Under the pieces are notes generated by a model. That model was not told the origin of the DNA. It did no database searches and worked only from the letters and a program-made list of their open reading frames with translations. Below, in pieces: positions 27,501 to 37,019 of a DNA stretch of 64,000 nucleotides. The stretch comes from Rhizaria sp. SCN 62-66 (Eukaryota), in assembly GCA_001724265.1 (NCBI GenBank), contig MEDY01000003.1, forward strand, positions 62,001 to 126,000, written 5' to 3'. The first letter of the stretch is position 1, and every line of letters begins with the position of its first letter. A program made the position numbers and the translations under genes.

Positions 27501-30500
27501 CTCCTCGTCAGACGTGATCTGGTCGACGGTGACGTAGAAGTGCTGCTTGAGCGCCTGGCCGAGAGCGCGGTCGAACCACAGACGGTCCTGCATCGACATG
27601 AGACGGTCACCGAAGACACGGTACATCTCGTGCGCGAGCAAGTGAATGAGCTCGTTGGCCTCCTCGAACTGGTCCTTGTTGGTCTGCATCACGCCCTGGA
27701 ACACCTTGCCAACGTCGCGTAGGTTGAACGTGTAGTGCGCCTTGGCCGGGGTCGGCAGCAGCGTGGTGACGACCTGCTCATACAGGCCCACGGTCGCGTT
27801 GACGATGCCCTCGCCGAGCTTGGCGATCTTGGCAGGGAACGGCTTGAGCCACCACGACAGCACGGGCTTGAACAGCGCCTTAAGCGCGCCCGAGTCGTAA
27901 GGCGTCAGCGTCAGGTGGTTGAAGTGGCGCATGTAGCGCGGCGTGATGGGGTGACGGCCACCGCCGGGAGGGCCCATGGTGGCCACGAACTGGCAGTCGA
28001 CGATCTGCGTGAAGGCGTTGTTGCGACGGTTGTACCAGCCGCCGTAGTCCATGTACTGGCGCAGCAGCTCGATGGGGGCCTGTGCGCCGTACTTGTCGGG
28101 CGCGGGCATGTTGAGGTCGTCGACGCAAATTACGCAGCGCTTCGAAGGCGGGGGGCCGAGGGCCTGGACGCCGGGCAGGCGACGGCGCTCGAGCTTGAGG
28201 TCGATGATATCCTGAGTCTGGTTCGCGGTGGTGCGCGCAGAGAAGGAGATGAACATGGGGATGTATGCCGTGCCGGAGAGCTCGCGGAGCAGCTTCTGGC
28301 TGACGATGTTGGTCTTGCCCGTGCCGGTGGGACCGACGAGGGTGACGTTCATGTTGGCCGTGATGTAGCGCTCGAGCAGCCACGACATACGAACACTCTC
28401 GGACGTGGGCACGATGATCTCGTGGAATTGCGCTGTCGCGGGGATCGAGAAGGGCGGGATCGTGCGCAGCCACGGGTTCCAGATGTGCAGGTTCTTGTCG
28501 TACATCATGTCGAACACGTTCCAGTCGGTCAGGCTCGGCATCGCGATCGCGTTCTCCGTACTCGACGCCAGCGGCGCAGTCATGATTAGAGAGGCCTTGC
28601 GGGTAGCGAAGGCATGCTCGCGGGACTCGTCAGCAGTGTAGTCGCAGCCGCCGAAGGCGTCGAGGCCGGCACCGGGGGCGGGGGAGAAGAGCGAAGCAGG
28701 GGCCTCACCGGACATGAGGTGGCGGATCAGGTCGCCAACCTTCTCGCGGCCAGCGAGGTCGGTGCTGGCACCAATAGACCAGATGACGGCCATGAAGAAG
28801 AGAGGCTCAAGGCGGTCCGGCTTGATCAGGGGCTGCTTGGCAGCGTTGGCGGCGTTAGCAGCCGCGGCCGAGTTAAAGTCCATCAGACCGAGGTCAGCGC
28901 CGGGACCAGCGGGAGCAGCGGGAGTCGCGGGCTCAGCAGCCTTTGTAGCAGCAGCGCCGTTCGCGCCGTTGCCGTTGGCGCTCGCCGTGCTGTTCGTGGC
29001 AGCGGGGAACATGTCGCTGAGGTACGTCCAGTAGAGGTTGAGCAAGTTCTGGACCAGGATCGTGGCGTTACGAGTGACGACGACATGGCAGTGGTCCGCG
29101 AGGAACGCGAGCACAGGAGGCAGAACCCAGTTGCACAGGCCCTGGATATAGTCGATGTGCTCAGAGAACTCGGGCGCGGCCGCGAGCAGGCGGTTGGCCC
29201 ACGACTTGAAGACAGGGCGCCAGCCAAGCTGGTGAGGCTCGCAAAACACCATGCCACAACGTGAGACGGTGGCCGGGGAAGCGACAGCGAGGTCAGCAAC
29301 TTCGAAGATCATGGACATACTGTTAGTAAGCTTGATCTGCTCGGAGTTGGCCAGGCAGAGCTTCTTGTTGTCATCGAGCACGGTATTGAGGTTCTCAATC
29401 CAGAGGGCGTCGACAGGACCATCGAACACAACCCACTGCAGGTGCGCGGGGCGGTACGCGAGCGCAGGGAGCGAGCCCGCAATGGTGGCCTGCAGAGCCG
29501 CGTTGTTGCTCGTGAGCGCCGCCGCGGGAAGCAGGGCGAGCGTCTCAGCAGGCAACTCCGCGACTGAGGCGGGCGCGGGGGTGGCGGCGTTGGCCTCTGC
29601 GGAAGCAGCAGCCTTGCGCATGACGACGGGCAAAACACCGTCCGTCCACTCGTGCGTGTTCGGGTCGTCCGCACCGTAGATCTGGTCCAGAGTAAGCGAC
29701 TTGGGGTTGATGAACTTGACCTCGACGACGCCGCACGAAGCGCGGGTCGAGCCGGCGGACGCGGAGACAGTCATGGGCTGTGCGCGCGACGCCGCGGCCT
29801 GTGCGGTCGACGCGGCGGTCTGCGCAGCGGCCTGAAGGGCGGCGGCGGACTTGCCCTTGGCCTTGGAGGCGAGGTGCGCGGCCTGGATGGCAGCAACGGC
29901 GGTGGCCTGGGCGTCGGCCAGGTGCGCGGAGGTCATCTTGGATAGGGCCTGGGAGAGGGTCTTAAGCAGAGACGACTTGCCGGACATAGTGCCACCGACG
30001 AGCATGAGACCGTGACGAACTTGAGTGGTGTCGTAAAGCTCGATACATTTGGCCATGAAGTTCTCCGTAGGCTGCAGGTTGTCGGCGGCGCAGACGTCGC
30101 GGCACGCCGTCTCGAGGGCGGCGTGGTCGCGGCCGGCGATGACGGAGCCCGGGAACAGGTCCTTAATGAGGGACATGAAGAGCGGGATGTCGGCTGTGGT
30201 AAACTTGGGCACGTTACAGTCGTAGATCGAGCGCAGCACGAGGCGCTCCTCCGAGACCTCAGGCGAGGCGCGCTTGTTGCGGCCGCAGGCGAGCAGCACG
30301 GCGTTGAGGTTACGCATACCGAAGTCGTAGTGGTCCTGCGACGAGAGCTGCTCGGACGAGAGACGGAGGCAGGCAACGATCTTGCGAGCGAGCTCGCGCG
30401 CAGTGGCGTAACCGAACGCGTAGAGCTTGATCTCAGCAATCATAGCGTAGTCGGGAATCATCATTGCGACAGTGCGGAACAGCGACTTGAGGTTGTCGGG

Positions 30501-33500
30501 AAGCTCGGAGCGACCCGCATAACCGGGATTCATGGTGATGAAGACGGAGCATGTGTGTACAAGGCGCAGGTTGCTGCCCTCGAAGTGGAACGTTGGCTTG
30601 CGCTCGAACACAGCGCGCTGGATGGTCGAGATCTGCTGAGCGATGACGGAAAGCACTTCAACTTCGATACGGTTGAACTCATCGAAGCAGCACCACGCGC
30701 CGGTCGCCGCGAGACCCTTGAAGAACTTGGCCATGGCACGGTGGTTAAGCGAGTCGGAGCCGTTGAAGACAACACACTGAATGCCGACAGCCTTAGAGAG
30801 ATCCTTCGTGGTCTCGGTCTTGCCCGTACCGGCGGGACCCTCAGGTGCACCGCCGAGGTTGAGGTGGAAGGCGGACATGAGCGTGCGGAAGCAGCGGTCC
30901 GTGAGCGGCGTGATGACGAGACGTGTCATGTTGCCGAGATACTCGTATCCGTAGTCCATCTTGGCGTTGATGATGCGCACAGTCATGGTGCCGTTGGCAA
31001 CCATCTTCTTCTTCTGGACCGCAAACTGGGGCAGCTTCGACATTGCAGTCACCTCATCAGCCTTGGCCTCCATCGCCTCGCGCGCAGCGGCTTCCTCGCT
31101 CTGGCGCTGAGCAAGTTCGGACAGAGCATCCTCGTACGCAGCAGCGCGGGCAAGCGCGACCTCGCCGCCGGCGCCAGCGCCCGCAGCAGAATCAACACTG
31201 TTAATCGAGGCAGTGGCGGCGTCGAACTCGTCCTCGGCGCCCAGCGCGAGCTCGGCCTTGCGGACCTTCTCCTCAGCCTCCTTGACCGTGAGCAGCACAG
31301 CGGCGTGCGCAGCCTTGGCCGCGAGGGCCTCGGAGCGCAGTGCCTTGAGCTCAACGAGCTCGGCGGCGCAGAGCTGCGGCGACACGACGACCTCCTCGGT
31401 CAGTGTAGTGTCAAGCACAATGTCGGCGTCCATCGAGTGGGTGTTGGCGGTGGTCTTCTTGCCGGGCAGCGCCATGGAGTTGGCACCAGCGGCGTTGCCG
31501 TCGCTCTCCCAGTAGTAGCGCAGCTGCGAGAGCCACTCAAAGTCGTTGTGGTCGCGCACCTGCTCGCGGATGAGCTTGGAGACGACGTCACGCGCGTGCA
31601 CGTCGAGCACGAGCAGGGGCTCGAGGGTGAGGCGCTTTAGCGCGGGCATGTCGCCACGAACGAGCTCGACCAGGTTGCTGAGCTGGCGGTTGAGCATGTC
31701 CTCGAGCTGTTCAAGGCCCTTGAAGCCGCGCTGGGTGAGTGCAGTAGTGACCTCGCGCGTCCACATGAGCTGGGACACGGTGAGGACGGACTGCGACGTA
31801 AGAGCGGGCTCGAGAATCCAGTCGTTGCGCTTCATCGTGACGTAGTCGCCGATGGCGCCACGGGTGTTGCGCTGCAGAGTCTGCTTCATGAGGCGCTCGA
31901 CCTCGGCGATCCACACCTCGACGTTGCCACGCTTGGCGCCCTCGTTGGGGTCGACGTGCTCGTTAAGTGGCACGATCTCACCGTCAGACGAGGTCATCGC
32001 AGTGATGATCTGCTGCTCAGGAGTAAACACAAGCTCGTGCATGGCGTCGAAAATCTTGGGCAGGTGCGCCTGGATGGCAGTGGCGTCCTTGGTCTGGGAG
32101 AGGATCGAGAGGAGCTCGTCGTTGGACAGGAAGAAGAAGCGCGGATAAGCCATGCGCTTGGTCTCGAGGTACTCGTTGAGGCCGCGAGAGATGGTCTCCA
32201 GCAGCTTGTTAGACTCCTGGAAGGTCTTAAGCAGGTTATCCGTCTCGGACACGAGATCCATGATAAGCGGAGTCTTGAACGCCGTCTCCATGGTCTTGCG
32301 CCAGTACGTGTCGACGACGCCGAAGCGACGCGCCTCGATGGGCATCTGGCGCATAATCTCGTCCGAGTTGAAGATGGGCTCAAGGTAGAGCCAAGTCTTC
32401 TGGCACAGCAGCCACTCCTCCATGATCTGCGCAGTCAGCTGCAGACGCGTCTCCCACTTCTTGGTGCGCGCCTCGAAGAACTTGACGTACGGCGAGCCGC
32501 GGATGCCCTGGGTCTTCATGATCTGGTCATCAAGCAACACGAGGATCTCCTCGTAGCCCTTGACGATGTATGTGCCCGTCCTCTTGTAGGGCTCGATCTT
32601 AAGCGCCATGTCGCGCCACTCGCGGCGCATGCGCTCGAGCAGCGTCTCGAGCTGGAACTCCTTTGTCGCGTACATGCACAGGTCCTCGATCTCCTGCTTG
32701 TGCTGCATGACGTCGAGCGTGAGGATGTGCGACAGTGTGAGCTCGTGGTCCACCGTGATCGGGGGCTTGCCAGGCGCAAGCAGCGTCGACAGCTCGTCCC
32801 AGTGGCGCGGGCGCAGCGTCTTGGGCGAGAGCCAGTGAATGATGGGGACGATCTCCTTGAACGCGGCGATCTTGTTCTTCATCTCAGTCGCCACGCGCGC
32901 GGGCTTCAGACAGTCGATCGACAGGAACTCGCGCTCGAGACGGTACATAAGCTTGTACCAGTCGTTGACATCCTTCTCGATCTGGGGGGCGTCGAGATCG
33001 ATGAACGAGCCGGTCATCCATTGCGTGTAGCTCGAGTTGAACAGCGCGGTCGTTGACCACAGCGCATAGTACGGCTTGAACTGTTCGCGCACCTGAGTGA
33101 GCTCGGGGTACTCCTGGGGCTGGTCGCCGAAGAGCTGGTCGCGGGTGTTAAATGACTGCACGAGACGCTCGGCTTCGTCCAAACGCTCCTGGAGCTGGTC
33201 GACGCGGGCGGAAGACGCCTCCATCTGAGCCGAAGGGCCCATGCCGAGGTCCTTGAGCTCGGCGACCTCCTTGGACGCGGCCTCAACGTCGTTGACGAAC
33301 TTCTCCTGCTCGTCGAGCAGCTGCTTCTGGAAGAAGCGGTTGTCGAGCTCGATCTGGATCTTGGCGTCCTCGAGCGCGGCGAGGATGAGCACGGGGTACG
33401 ACACCGTGGTCCACGCCGTGGAGAAGACCGACTGCGGGACGTGGTAGCGGAACTGCGCCAGGCAGTCCATCGTCTGCTGCATAACGGCGATAGCGCGCTG

Positions 33501-36500
33501 GAGAGCGGGGATCTCGGTATCCTCGATGCTCGCGGCGCGATCCTTGAGCTCGGCGAGGTCCTGCACGCGCAGAGACTTGGTCTTGACGCGGTTGATCATC
33601 TCCTCGTAGCTCGCGGTGAGCTTCGCGCACTGCTCCTTGACCTGGTCGACAAGCCCATCAAGCAGGCGGTTGGCGACTTCGCGCGCCTTGGCCACGAGCT
33701 GGTCCTTGAGCATCTTGACCTCGACCTTGACGAGCGCGAAGGTGACTTCGTTGGGCGACAGCGACTGGACCTCGCTGATCATGACCATCAGCTTCTGGAT
33801 CTCCGCGCGGGTCTCCTCGAGGGTGTGCTTGGGGCGTTCCTCCTCGTCCTCGTCCTCCTTCTTGTTGTTCGCGTTGGCATCGCCCTCGCCGGCGGCGGGC
33901 GAGGACCAGAACGACATCTTGGCGCGCTCACGGTCGAGACGGGCGAGCTCCTCCTCCTCGGCGCGCTCCTGCTCGAGGCGCATACGCTCCTCGGCCGAGA
34001 GGTGCAGCACTTGGTGCTCGCGCTTGTTGAGGATGGAGAACCAGTCCTTGACGAACTCGTCCGTGTCGATGGGGAGGATCTTGCTCGCGTACTCCTGGTA
34101 CAGCGACGCCAGCGCGCGGGGACGGATCGTGTTGGCGAGAATGTTGAGCGAGAGCTCCGACTGCGCCTCGGCGACGGTGTTGAAGAGGTCGGGCGCGGAC
34201 GACTCAGAGCACAGAGGGAGCTCAGTGAAGCCGAGCAGTGGCGTGACCTCGCTCTGGATCTGCGAGATGACCGCGAGCTTGGATGCGGAGATGATCGAGC
34301 AGATGGTCGACTCGACGCTGTCGAGGCTGGGCAGGAACACGACGTCGGTCGCGGACGAGCTGAGCTTGAACACAAACAGCGGGCGGCACGCAGCCGACAC
34401 GTGGGGGCCTTCGAGGAAGCCCGCCAGCAGGCGGCGCGGCGTGGGCAGCATCATGGCCCGGCCGAGCCACTCCTGTGCCTCGACGACAGGGTAGTCGCGC
34501 CAGGACGCGGGCAGGATCGTCTCCACTGGGTCCAGCGGCGGCGCGGCCTCGGCGTCCTCATCGTCATCGTCGTCCTCTTCGTCCTCTTCGTTCTCCACGC
34601 CGTCGTTGCCGTCGGCGTCGGCGTCGCTATTGGAGCCGAGTAGACTCGCGGATGAGCTGCCGCCGTCGAGATGCTTGCCACTCGCGGCCGCGCCGGAGGC
34701 AGAAGCAGCGGCGGAAGCCGCGGCGGCGGCGGCAGCGGCGTGGTACGAGCCGTCCGCAAGCGCCTTCTCGAGGTCGACGAAGCGGCGCACGTAATCGTGC
34801 AGGTCGGGGTCCTGGTGCTTGCGGAACGCGGTGACGTAGGCCTCGAGCGAGTCGGTCATCAGCGCCGCCAGCTGGTCGCGCAGCAGGAACGTGAGCAGCG
34901 TCACAAAGGCCTTGAGACCGGACGTCTTGTACTTGCTGTGGTCATTGACGAAGAGCGCGAAGACGTGAGAGAGGTTGTCACGGATGAGGTTGATGCAGAG
35001 CCCGCGCCAGTCGTTGAGAATGGCGTCCTTGGCGGTGCGGAACTGCATCTCCTGCATGTCGTGGTATTCGTACAGCGTGATGGGGAACGACACGCGCGCC
35101 GGGTCGGCCTCGAAGAAGGCAAACTTGCGCAGCGACCACCACGCCTTAAACAGCGTCAGGATCACCTGCGTGCACTCGGGGTGAACGGAGAAGTGCTTCT
35201 TCTGGATCACGGCCGCAATCTCCTTGATCGGGTATGCCGCGACGCGGTACTTGGACGCGGGGTTGAACGGCTGCGCGGAGACGGGGCCCGCGGCGAGCGC
35301 GGTGGCGCCCTCCGCGCCCGCGGCCTGCGCTGCGGCGACGGCGGCGGCCTCGACGTCGTTGAGGCCGAATTGCACGGCGACGGGCGTCACAGGCACGAGC
35401 ACGCGCGCGTCGACGAGCGAGTCAAACACACTGTGCGCGAGCGCGGCCTCGGCCTCGTAGCCCTCCTGGCCCAGCGCGCGCCAGAGCTCGGCGTGGCTCT
35501 GCAGCTGCGCCACGAGCGCCGGGTGGCGGCGCTCGATGAGCCACTGCAGCAGCGTCGACGCGGGCACGTCTGCGGGCCGCGGGGGGCGGAACACGCCCGT
35601 GACCGTGGGACGCGGCCGGTTGGGGAACGCCGCGAGCAGCACCTCCTGCCAGGCCTTCTTGAGCGTCTTGATCACTGCCAAGTGCGGGACGAGTGGCAGC
35701 GGGGCAAGCGCGGGCAGGTTGAGCTCGTGCACGCGGGCCTCTTGCTGCGCGTCGTGGCGGCGGCAGTACTCAACCACAGCCAGCTGCGACGCCAGTGTGT
35801 AGTCAGACCGCACCTCGCGCAACAACGCGTCGGTGGACGTCTGGTTGCCGAGCACGAGGCGGCGCGACGACACCATGAGCTTGGCGAGGATGCCGTGCAG
35901 CGTGGCTTGCTGGATCGATGCAAACAACGACGTGGGCTGCTGCTCAATGAAGGCGCGGTAGCGGCACAGCACGCGGGTCTCCTCGCGCAGGCGCTTGGCG
36001 CGCTCAACGCGGGCCAGGAACGCCGCCTCGTCCTCGGCGTCAAACATGATCGACAGGCGCTTGACGAGCTTGGTCTTGTCGTTGTGGTTGAAGCGGATGC
36101 AGAAGTCCCACGTCGCAGGGTCATACGACAGCACCTGGCACGGCTGCCACGACCACACGCGGTTCAGGAAGAACAGAGCGCGCGCGGGCGTGCCCTGGAG
36201 CAAGCCGGACGAGCCAGTGGCAGCGGAGGCGGACGTATCCACGTCGTGCTCAGCGGCAGTCGACGCGCCGGCACCAGCGGCACTGCTGCTGTTGGTGTCG
36301 AGCGAGAGCGAGGCGAGCGCGGCGTCCTGGCCGAGGCGAACCCACTCCTCGGGGGAGCGGTCGAGCTCCTCGGTGTCGAACATCTCGAGCGGGAGCGAGT
36401 CGAGCACCACGCGCTCTGACACCGCCAGCGCCTTCGGGTTGGGGAAATAGAGGCCGAAGTTGTGCGTCGTCGTCGGAGGCGGAACGCCGGAGCCGGGGCT

Positions 36501-37019
36501 GGAGCCGCCGGGGGCGCCGCCGCGGCTCGGGGACGGCGAGCGAGACGAAGGCTTGTTGGTGGAAGAGAAGTCGCCCTCGGGGTCCGCCGCTGCGGTCGAG
36601 GAAGCAGTGGCGTGCTGGATGGGAACGCCGGAACTGCTCAAGGAAAAGGTCTCGCGCACGGGACGGGGTTCGGTGGGCGGCATGGCCTTGGAGAGCATCT
36701 TGGGGGAGCCAGCGAAAGAAGGGATCACGACCTTCTTGACAGCCTGGAGCTTTTGCTGCAGCTTGTCAATGTTGGCCGTGGTGGCCTGCGGGGTCATGCG
36801 GCGCTTAGTGAGCGACGCCTCCGCGCGGTCGCGCCATGTCATGCCGAGCTCACCCGTAGTGGAGCCGGGCTTGACACTGTCGGAGGAAGGCGGGTGCGGG
36901 CGCAGGGGAGCGGCGGAGGACGCCGAGGGCTGAGCACCGGCAGCATCGCCAGTGGTGGCCATGGGACCGGTGAAAGCGCCGCGCAGGAACGCGTCCTCGG
37001 TTGTCCGGTAGTTGGACAT
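21582..37019 (-). CDS. DNAH1: Axonemal inner-arm dynein heavy chain, DNAH1-like, 5,145 aa, single exon
   Basis: P1 GPAGTGKTETTKDL, GAWCCFDEFNRI, P2 GGTMSGKS, P3 GPTGTGKT, P4 GMGGSGKQS, stalk/MTBD region and C-terminal HWVKRGVALLCQLD. The N-terminal LPLEMFDTEELDRSPEEWV block resembles the DNAH1 subfamily as I recall it. Ends TAA. Confidence 0.93.
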   Translation of the reverse strand: MSNYRTTEDAFLRGAFTGPMATTGDAAGAQPSASSAAPLRPHPPSSDSVKPGSTTGELGMTWRDRAEASLTKRRMTPQATTANIDKLQQKLQAVKKVVIPSFAGSPKMLSKAMPPTEPRPVRETFSLSSSGVPIQHATASSTAAADPEGDFSSTNKPSSRSPSPSRGGAPGGSSPGSGVPPPTTTHNFGLYFPNPKALAVSERVVLDSLPLEMFDTEELDRSPEEWVRLGQDAALASLSLDTNSSSAAGAGASTAAEHDVDTSASAATGSSGLLQGTPARALFFLNRVWSWQPCQVLSYDPATWDFCIRFNHNDKTKLVKRLSIMFDAEDEAAFLARVERAKRLREETRVLCRYRAFIEQQPTSLFASIQQATLHGILAKLMVSSRRLVLGNQTSTDALLREVRSDYTLASQLAVVEYCRRHDAQQEARVHELNLPALAPLPLVPHLAVIKTLKKAWQEVLLAAFPNRPRPTVTGVFRPPRPADVPASTLLQWLIERRHPALVAQLQSHAELWRALGQEGYEAEAALAHSVFDSLVDARVLVPVTPVAVQFGLNDVEAAAVAAAQAAGAEGATALAAGPVSAQPFNPASKYRVAAYPIKEIAAVIQKKHFSVHPECTQVILTLFKAWWSLRKFAFFEADPARVSFPITLYEYHDMQEMQFRTAKDAILNDWRGLCINLIRDNLSHVFALFVNDHSKYKTSGLKAFVTLLTFLLRDQLAALMTDSLEAYVTAFRKHQDPDLHDYVRRFVDLEKALADGSYHAAAAAAAASAAASASGAAASGKHLDGGSSSASLLGSNSDADADGNDGVENEEDEEDDDDDEDAEAAPPLDPVETILPASWRDYPVVEAQEWLGRAMMLPTPRRLLAGFLEGPHVSAACRPLFVFKLSSSATDVVFLPSLDSVESTICSIISASKLAVISQIQSEVTPLLGFTELPLCSESSAPDLFNTVAEAQSELSLNILANTIRPRALASLYQEYASKILPIDTDEFVKDWFSILNKREHQVLHLSAEERMRLEQERAEEEELARLDRERAKMSFWSSPAAGEGDANANNKKEDEDEEERPKHTLEETRAEIQKLMVMISEVQSLSPNEVTFALVKVEVKMLKDQLVAKAREVANRLLDGLVDQVKEQCAKLTASYEEMINRVKTKSLRVQDLAELKDRAASIEDTEIPALQRAIAVMQQTMDCLAQFRYHVPQSVFSTAWTTVSYPVLILAALEDAKIQIELDNRFFQKQLLDEQEKFVNDVEAASKEVAELKDLGMGPSAQMEASSARVDQLQERLDEAERLVQSFNTRDQLFGDQPQEYPELTQVREQFKPYYALWSTTALFNSSYTQWMTGSFIDLDAPQIEKDVNDWYKLMYRLEREFLSIDCLKPARVATEMKNKIAAFKEIVPIIHWLSPKTLRPRHWDELSTLLAPGKPPITVDHELTLSHILTLDVMQHKQEIEDLCMYATKEFQLETLLERMRREWRDMALKIEPYKRTGTYIVKGYEEILVLLDDQIMKTQGIRGSPYVKFFEARTKKWETRLQLTAQIMEEWLLCQKTWLYLEPIFNSDEIMRQMPIEARRFGVVDTYWRKTMETAFKTPLIMDLVSETDNLLKTFQESNKLLETISRGLNEYLETKRMAYPRFFFLSNDELLSILSQTKDATAIQAHLPKIFDAMHELVFTPEQQIITAMTSSDGEIVPLNEHVDPNEGAKRGNVEVWIAEVERLMKQTLQRNTRGAIGDYVTMKRNDWILEPALTSQSVLTVSQLMWTREVTTALTQRGFKGLEQLEDMLNRQLSNLVELVRGDMPALKRLTLEPLLVLDVHARDVVSKLIREQVRDHNDFEWLSQLRYYWESDGNAAGANSMALPGKKTTANTHSMDADIVLDTTLTEEVVVSPQLCAAELVELKALRSEALAAKAAHAAVLLTVKEAEEKVRKAELALGAEDEFDAATASINSVDSAAGAGAGGEVALARAAAYEDALSELAQRQSEEAAAREAMEAKADEVTAMSKLPQFAVQKKKMVANGTMTVRIINAKMDYGYEYLGNMTRLVITPLTDRCFRTLMSAFHLNLGGAPEGPAGTGKTETTKDLSKAVGIQCVVFNGSDSLNHRAMAKFFKGLAATGAWCCFDEFNRIEVEVLSVIAQQISTIQRAVFERKPTFHFEGSNLRLVHTCSVFITMNPGYAGRSELPDNLKSLFRTVAMMIPDYAMIAEIKLYAFGYATARELARKIVACLRLSSEQLSSQDHYDFGMRNLNAVLLACGRNKRASPEVSEERLVLRSIYDCNVPKFTTADIPLFMSLIKDLFPGSVIAGRDHAALETACRDVCAADNLQPTENFMAKCIELYDTTQVRHGLMLVGGTMSGKSSLLKTLSQALSKMTSAHLADAQATAVAAIQAAHLASKAKGKSAAALQAAAQTAASTAQAAASRAQPMTVSASAGSTRASCGVVEVKFINPKSLTLDQIYGADDPNTHEWTDGVLPVVMRKAAASAEANAATPAPASVAELPAETLALLPAAALTSNNAALQATIAGSLPALAYRPAHLQWVVFDGPVDALWIENLNTVLDDNKKLCLANSEQIKLTNSMSMIFEVADLAVASPATVSRCGMVFCEPHQLGWRPVFKSWANRLLAAAPEFSEHIDYIQGLCNWVLPPVLAFLADHCHVVVTRNATILVQNLLNLYWTYLSDMFPAATNSTASANGNGANGAAATKAAEPATPAAPAGPGADLGLMDFNSAAAANAANAAKQPLIKPDRLEPLFFMAVIWSIGASTDLAGREKVGDLIRHLMSGEAPASLFSPAPGAGLDAFGGCDYTADESREHAFATRKASLIMTAPLASSTENAIAMPSLTDWNVFDMMYDKNLHIWNPWLRTIPPFSIPATAQFHEIIVPTSESVRMSWLLERYITANMNVTLVGPTGTGKTNIVSQKLLRELSGTAYIPMFISFSARTTANQTQDIIDLKLERRRLPGVQALGPPPSKRCVICVDDLNMPAPDKYGAQAPIELLRQYMDYGGWYNRRNNAFTQIVDCQFVATMGPPGGGRHPITPRYMRHFNHLTLTPYDSGALKALFKPVLSWWLKPFPAKIAKLGEGIVNATVGLYEQVVTTLLPTPAKAHYTFNLRDVGKVFQGVMQTNKDQFEEANELIHLLAHEMYRVFGDRLMSMQDRLWFDRALGQALKQHFYVTVDQITSDEERTMAAETETGIPGERLSALSRSLYADFTNPRVTKKQYSAVKDMGELGTVLEGYLADYAAFERTKMTLVLFQDAIEHVSRISRIIRQPFGNALLVGMGGSGKQSLTKLAAFIGGYTLFQVSLTKAYSVNEWRDDLRDVMRKAGIQNKPIAFLISDAQIKHESFLEDINNILNNGEVPNLFPLEDYMPIIEQVLPDARKAGKAESNASVFNFFVERCRHNVHVVVCMSPVGESFRNRLRMYPSLVNCTTIDWFHPWSSVALQTVATRFLRDIDLDAQLKSGLVDICVTMQESALKLSADFEASLKRVNYVTPTSYLSLIQVFRSLFESKRSEISASQHKYETGLTKLNETALLVKDMQVQLEQLQPQLIESSKETQTLIKTIEEQSAQVAETRKIVAAEEAECNEQAEIASKIKEECETQLALAMPAVNQALKALKVLTRHAIDELKVMKAPTPGILLTAQALCIMFGVEPHKVGQVGSKTDDYWEPCRKKLLSDTQLIKRMTNYDKDNIPNSVINRIRPFTDNPDFAPSKIAHSSFAAEKFCRWVIAMEVYDRINKQVLPKRIALEQAEQSLLTVRANLAAKNQELQDIQTLLDDLNNQYEMASHKKKSLEMQVAECSARLDRAEKLVSGLRNEKDRWLERATQLAADYHNVVGNIMLSSGAIAFLGPFTLAFRDRCLKNWVSELQKRHIACDADFSLHRVLGDPVLIRKWGIQSLPKDDFSTDNAIILTKALRFPLLIDPQEQASKWIRSMEADFAAAVAAQTGGAPQALRVIKMTDDQFMRTLSLAITEGAPVMIENVGSVVDPALDPLLNKNTFRQSNRTMLRFGAEIIEYNENFRLYITTKLSNPVFKPETSTSVTIINFMVTPEGLEDQMLGRAVRHDDPDTEQTRNELVLKSAENQRQLAMIEDKILDHLLKSAGHLLDDEDLVNTLQKSKQASRLIEKRMADAARMQENIAKTRTEYQPLAAVVSNLFFCVQDLAQIDPMYQNSLRWYQAVFHKAMQEANPSSSSLIRIKNIQNTFIHLLYNAISMSLYERHKLLFSLMLTLRLLNGRGEVDDRELRFLLTGGASVVDPAGVPPNPTGSATKSQAQQKAAAPGAAADNTLRDAVSTRRRSVTALDVGDKEQREAAAGHAPASADKWLPDIAWLQLLELDRLPAFTGIVRHFSENLKLWRAFAEHPDPYRCAMPGAWGRVLTAPLHRLVLLRVFRPDKLVAGVRTFVSDQIGADFVNPPMFDLASAFADSDPVTPLIFLLSQGVDPIKDIISLAEQKGMNTPDKFIRISLGQGQGPLAEAAIREAVDRGSWVLLQNCHLLVKWLPMLHKIVDELNPSTAGPTFRLWLTSMPSADFPASVLQNGIKMANEPPKGIRANVLQSFRGFGVTPGANDWVEDAKRPEELKKLFYGLCFFHAVVQERRKFGPMGWNIHYQFTEGDLAISKLQLKEFVNMYDAPPYKALRYLIGQLNYGGRVTDDWDRRCLSVMLDDHINEYVVSDDQYSFDCPTTSTSAAASAVAAARAMLPPTITGASAAAGAAGAAGAAPAPAAPTASYPVPPPGADLRRIRQHVRNLPAEDSAEVFGLHENVNITVAISEAQTLFEWALTVQQHAVSAPPPANSAAAASAAAHAAEKEKEAAATAAAAAAAAASASASEESKDDAAQGGHAVVSDRDRTVASMAAEMELAIPAPFDLQHVAAKFPVSYDDSMNTVLVQELQRYNKLLNVVRSSLRDLQRALKGEIVMSGKLDSMASDMYDAKVPALWAESAYPSRKPLGPWVADLKRRIDMFATWVDRGVAPSVFWFSGFFFTQSFLTGVLQNYARKYKIAIDAISFDFQVMPHIAADHPVPPADGCYIHGLFLEGARWDSSQGAILQAQGQTTSAQSAQAYVGGVLAEPQPRQLYSDMPVIWLQPRETRKISANRLAYACPVYKTSARHGVLTTLGQSSNYIIAINLPSEKEERHWVKRGVALLCQLDT

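Noticed and set aside
22428-36419. Long plus-strand ORFs (834, 582, 542, 400, 393 aa) opposite the dynein
   Set aside because: Antisense shadows of a GC3-rich gene; no domain motifs.
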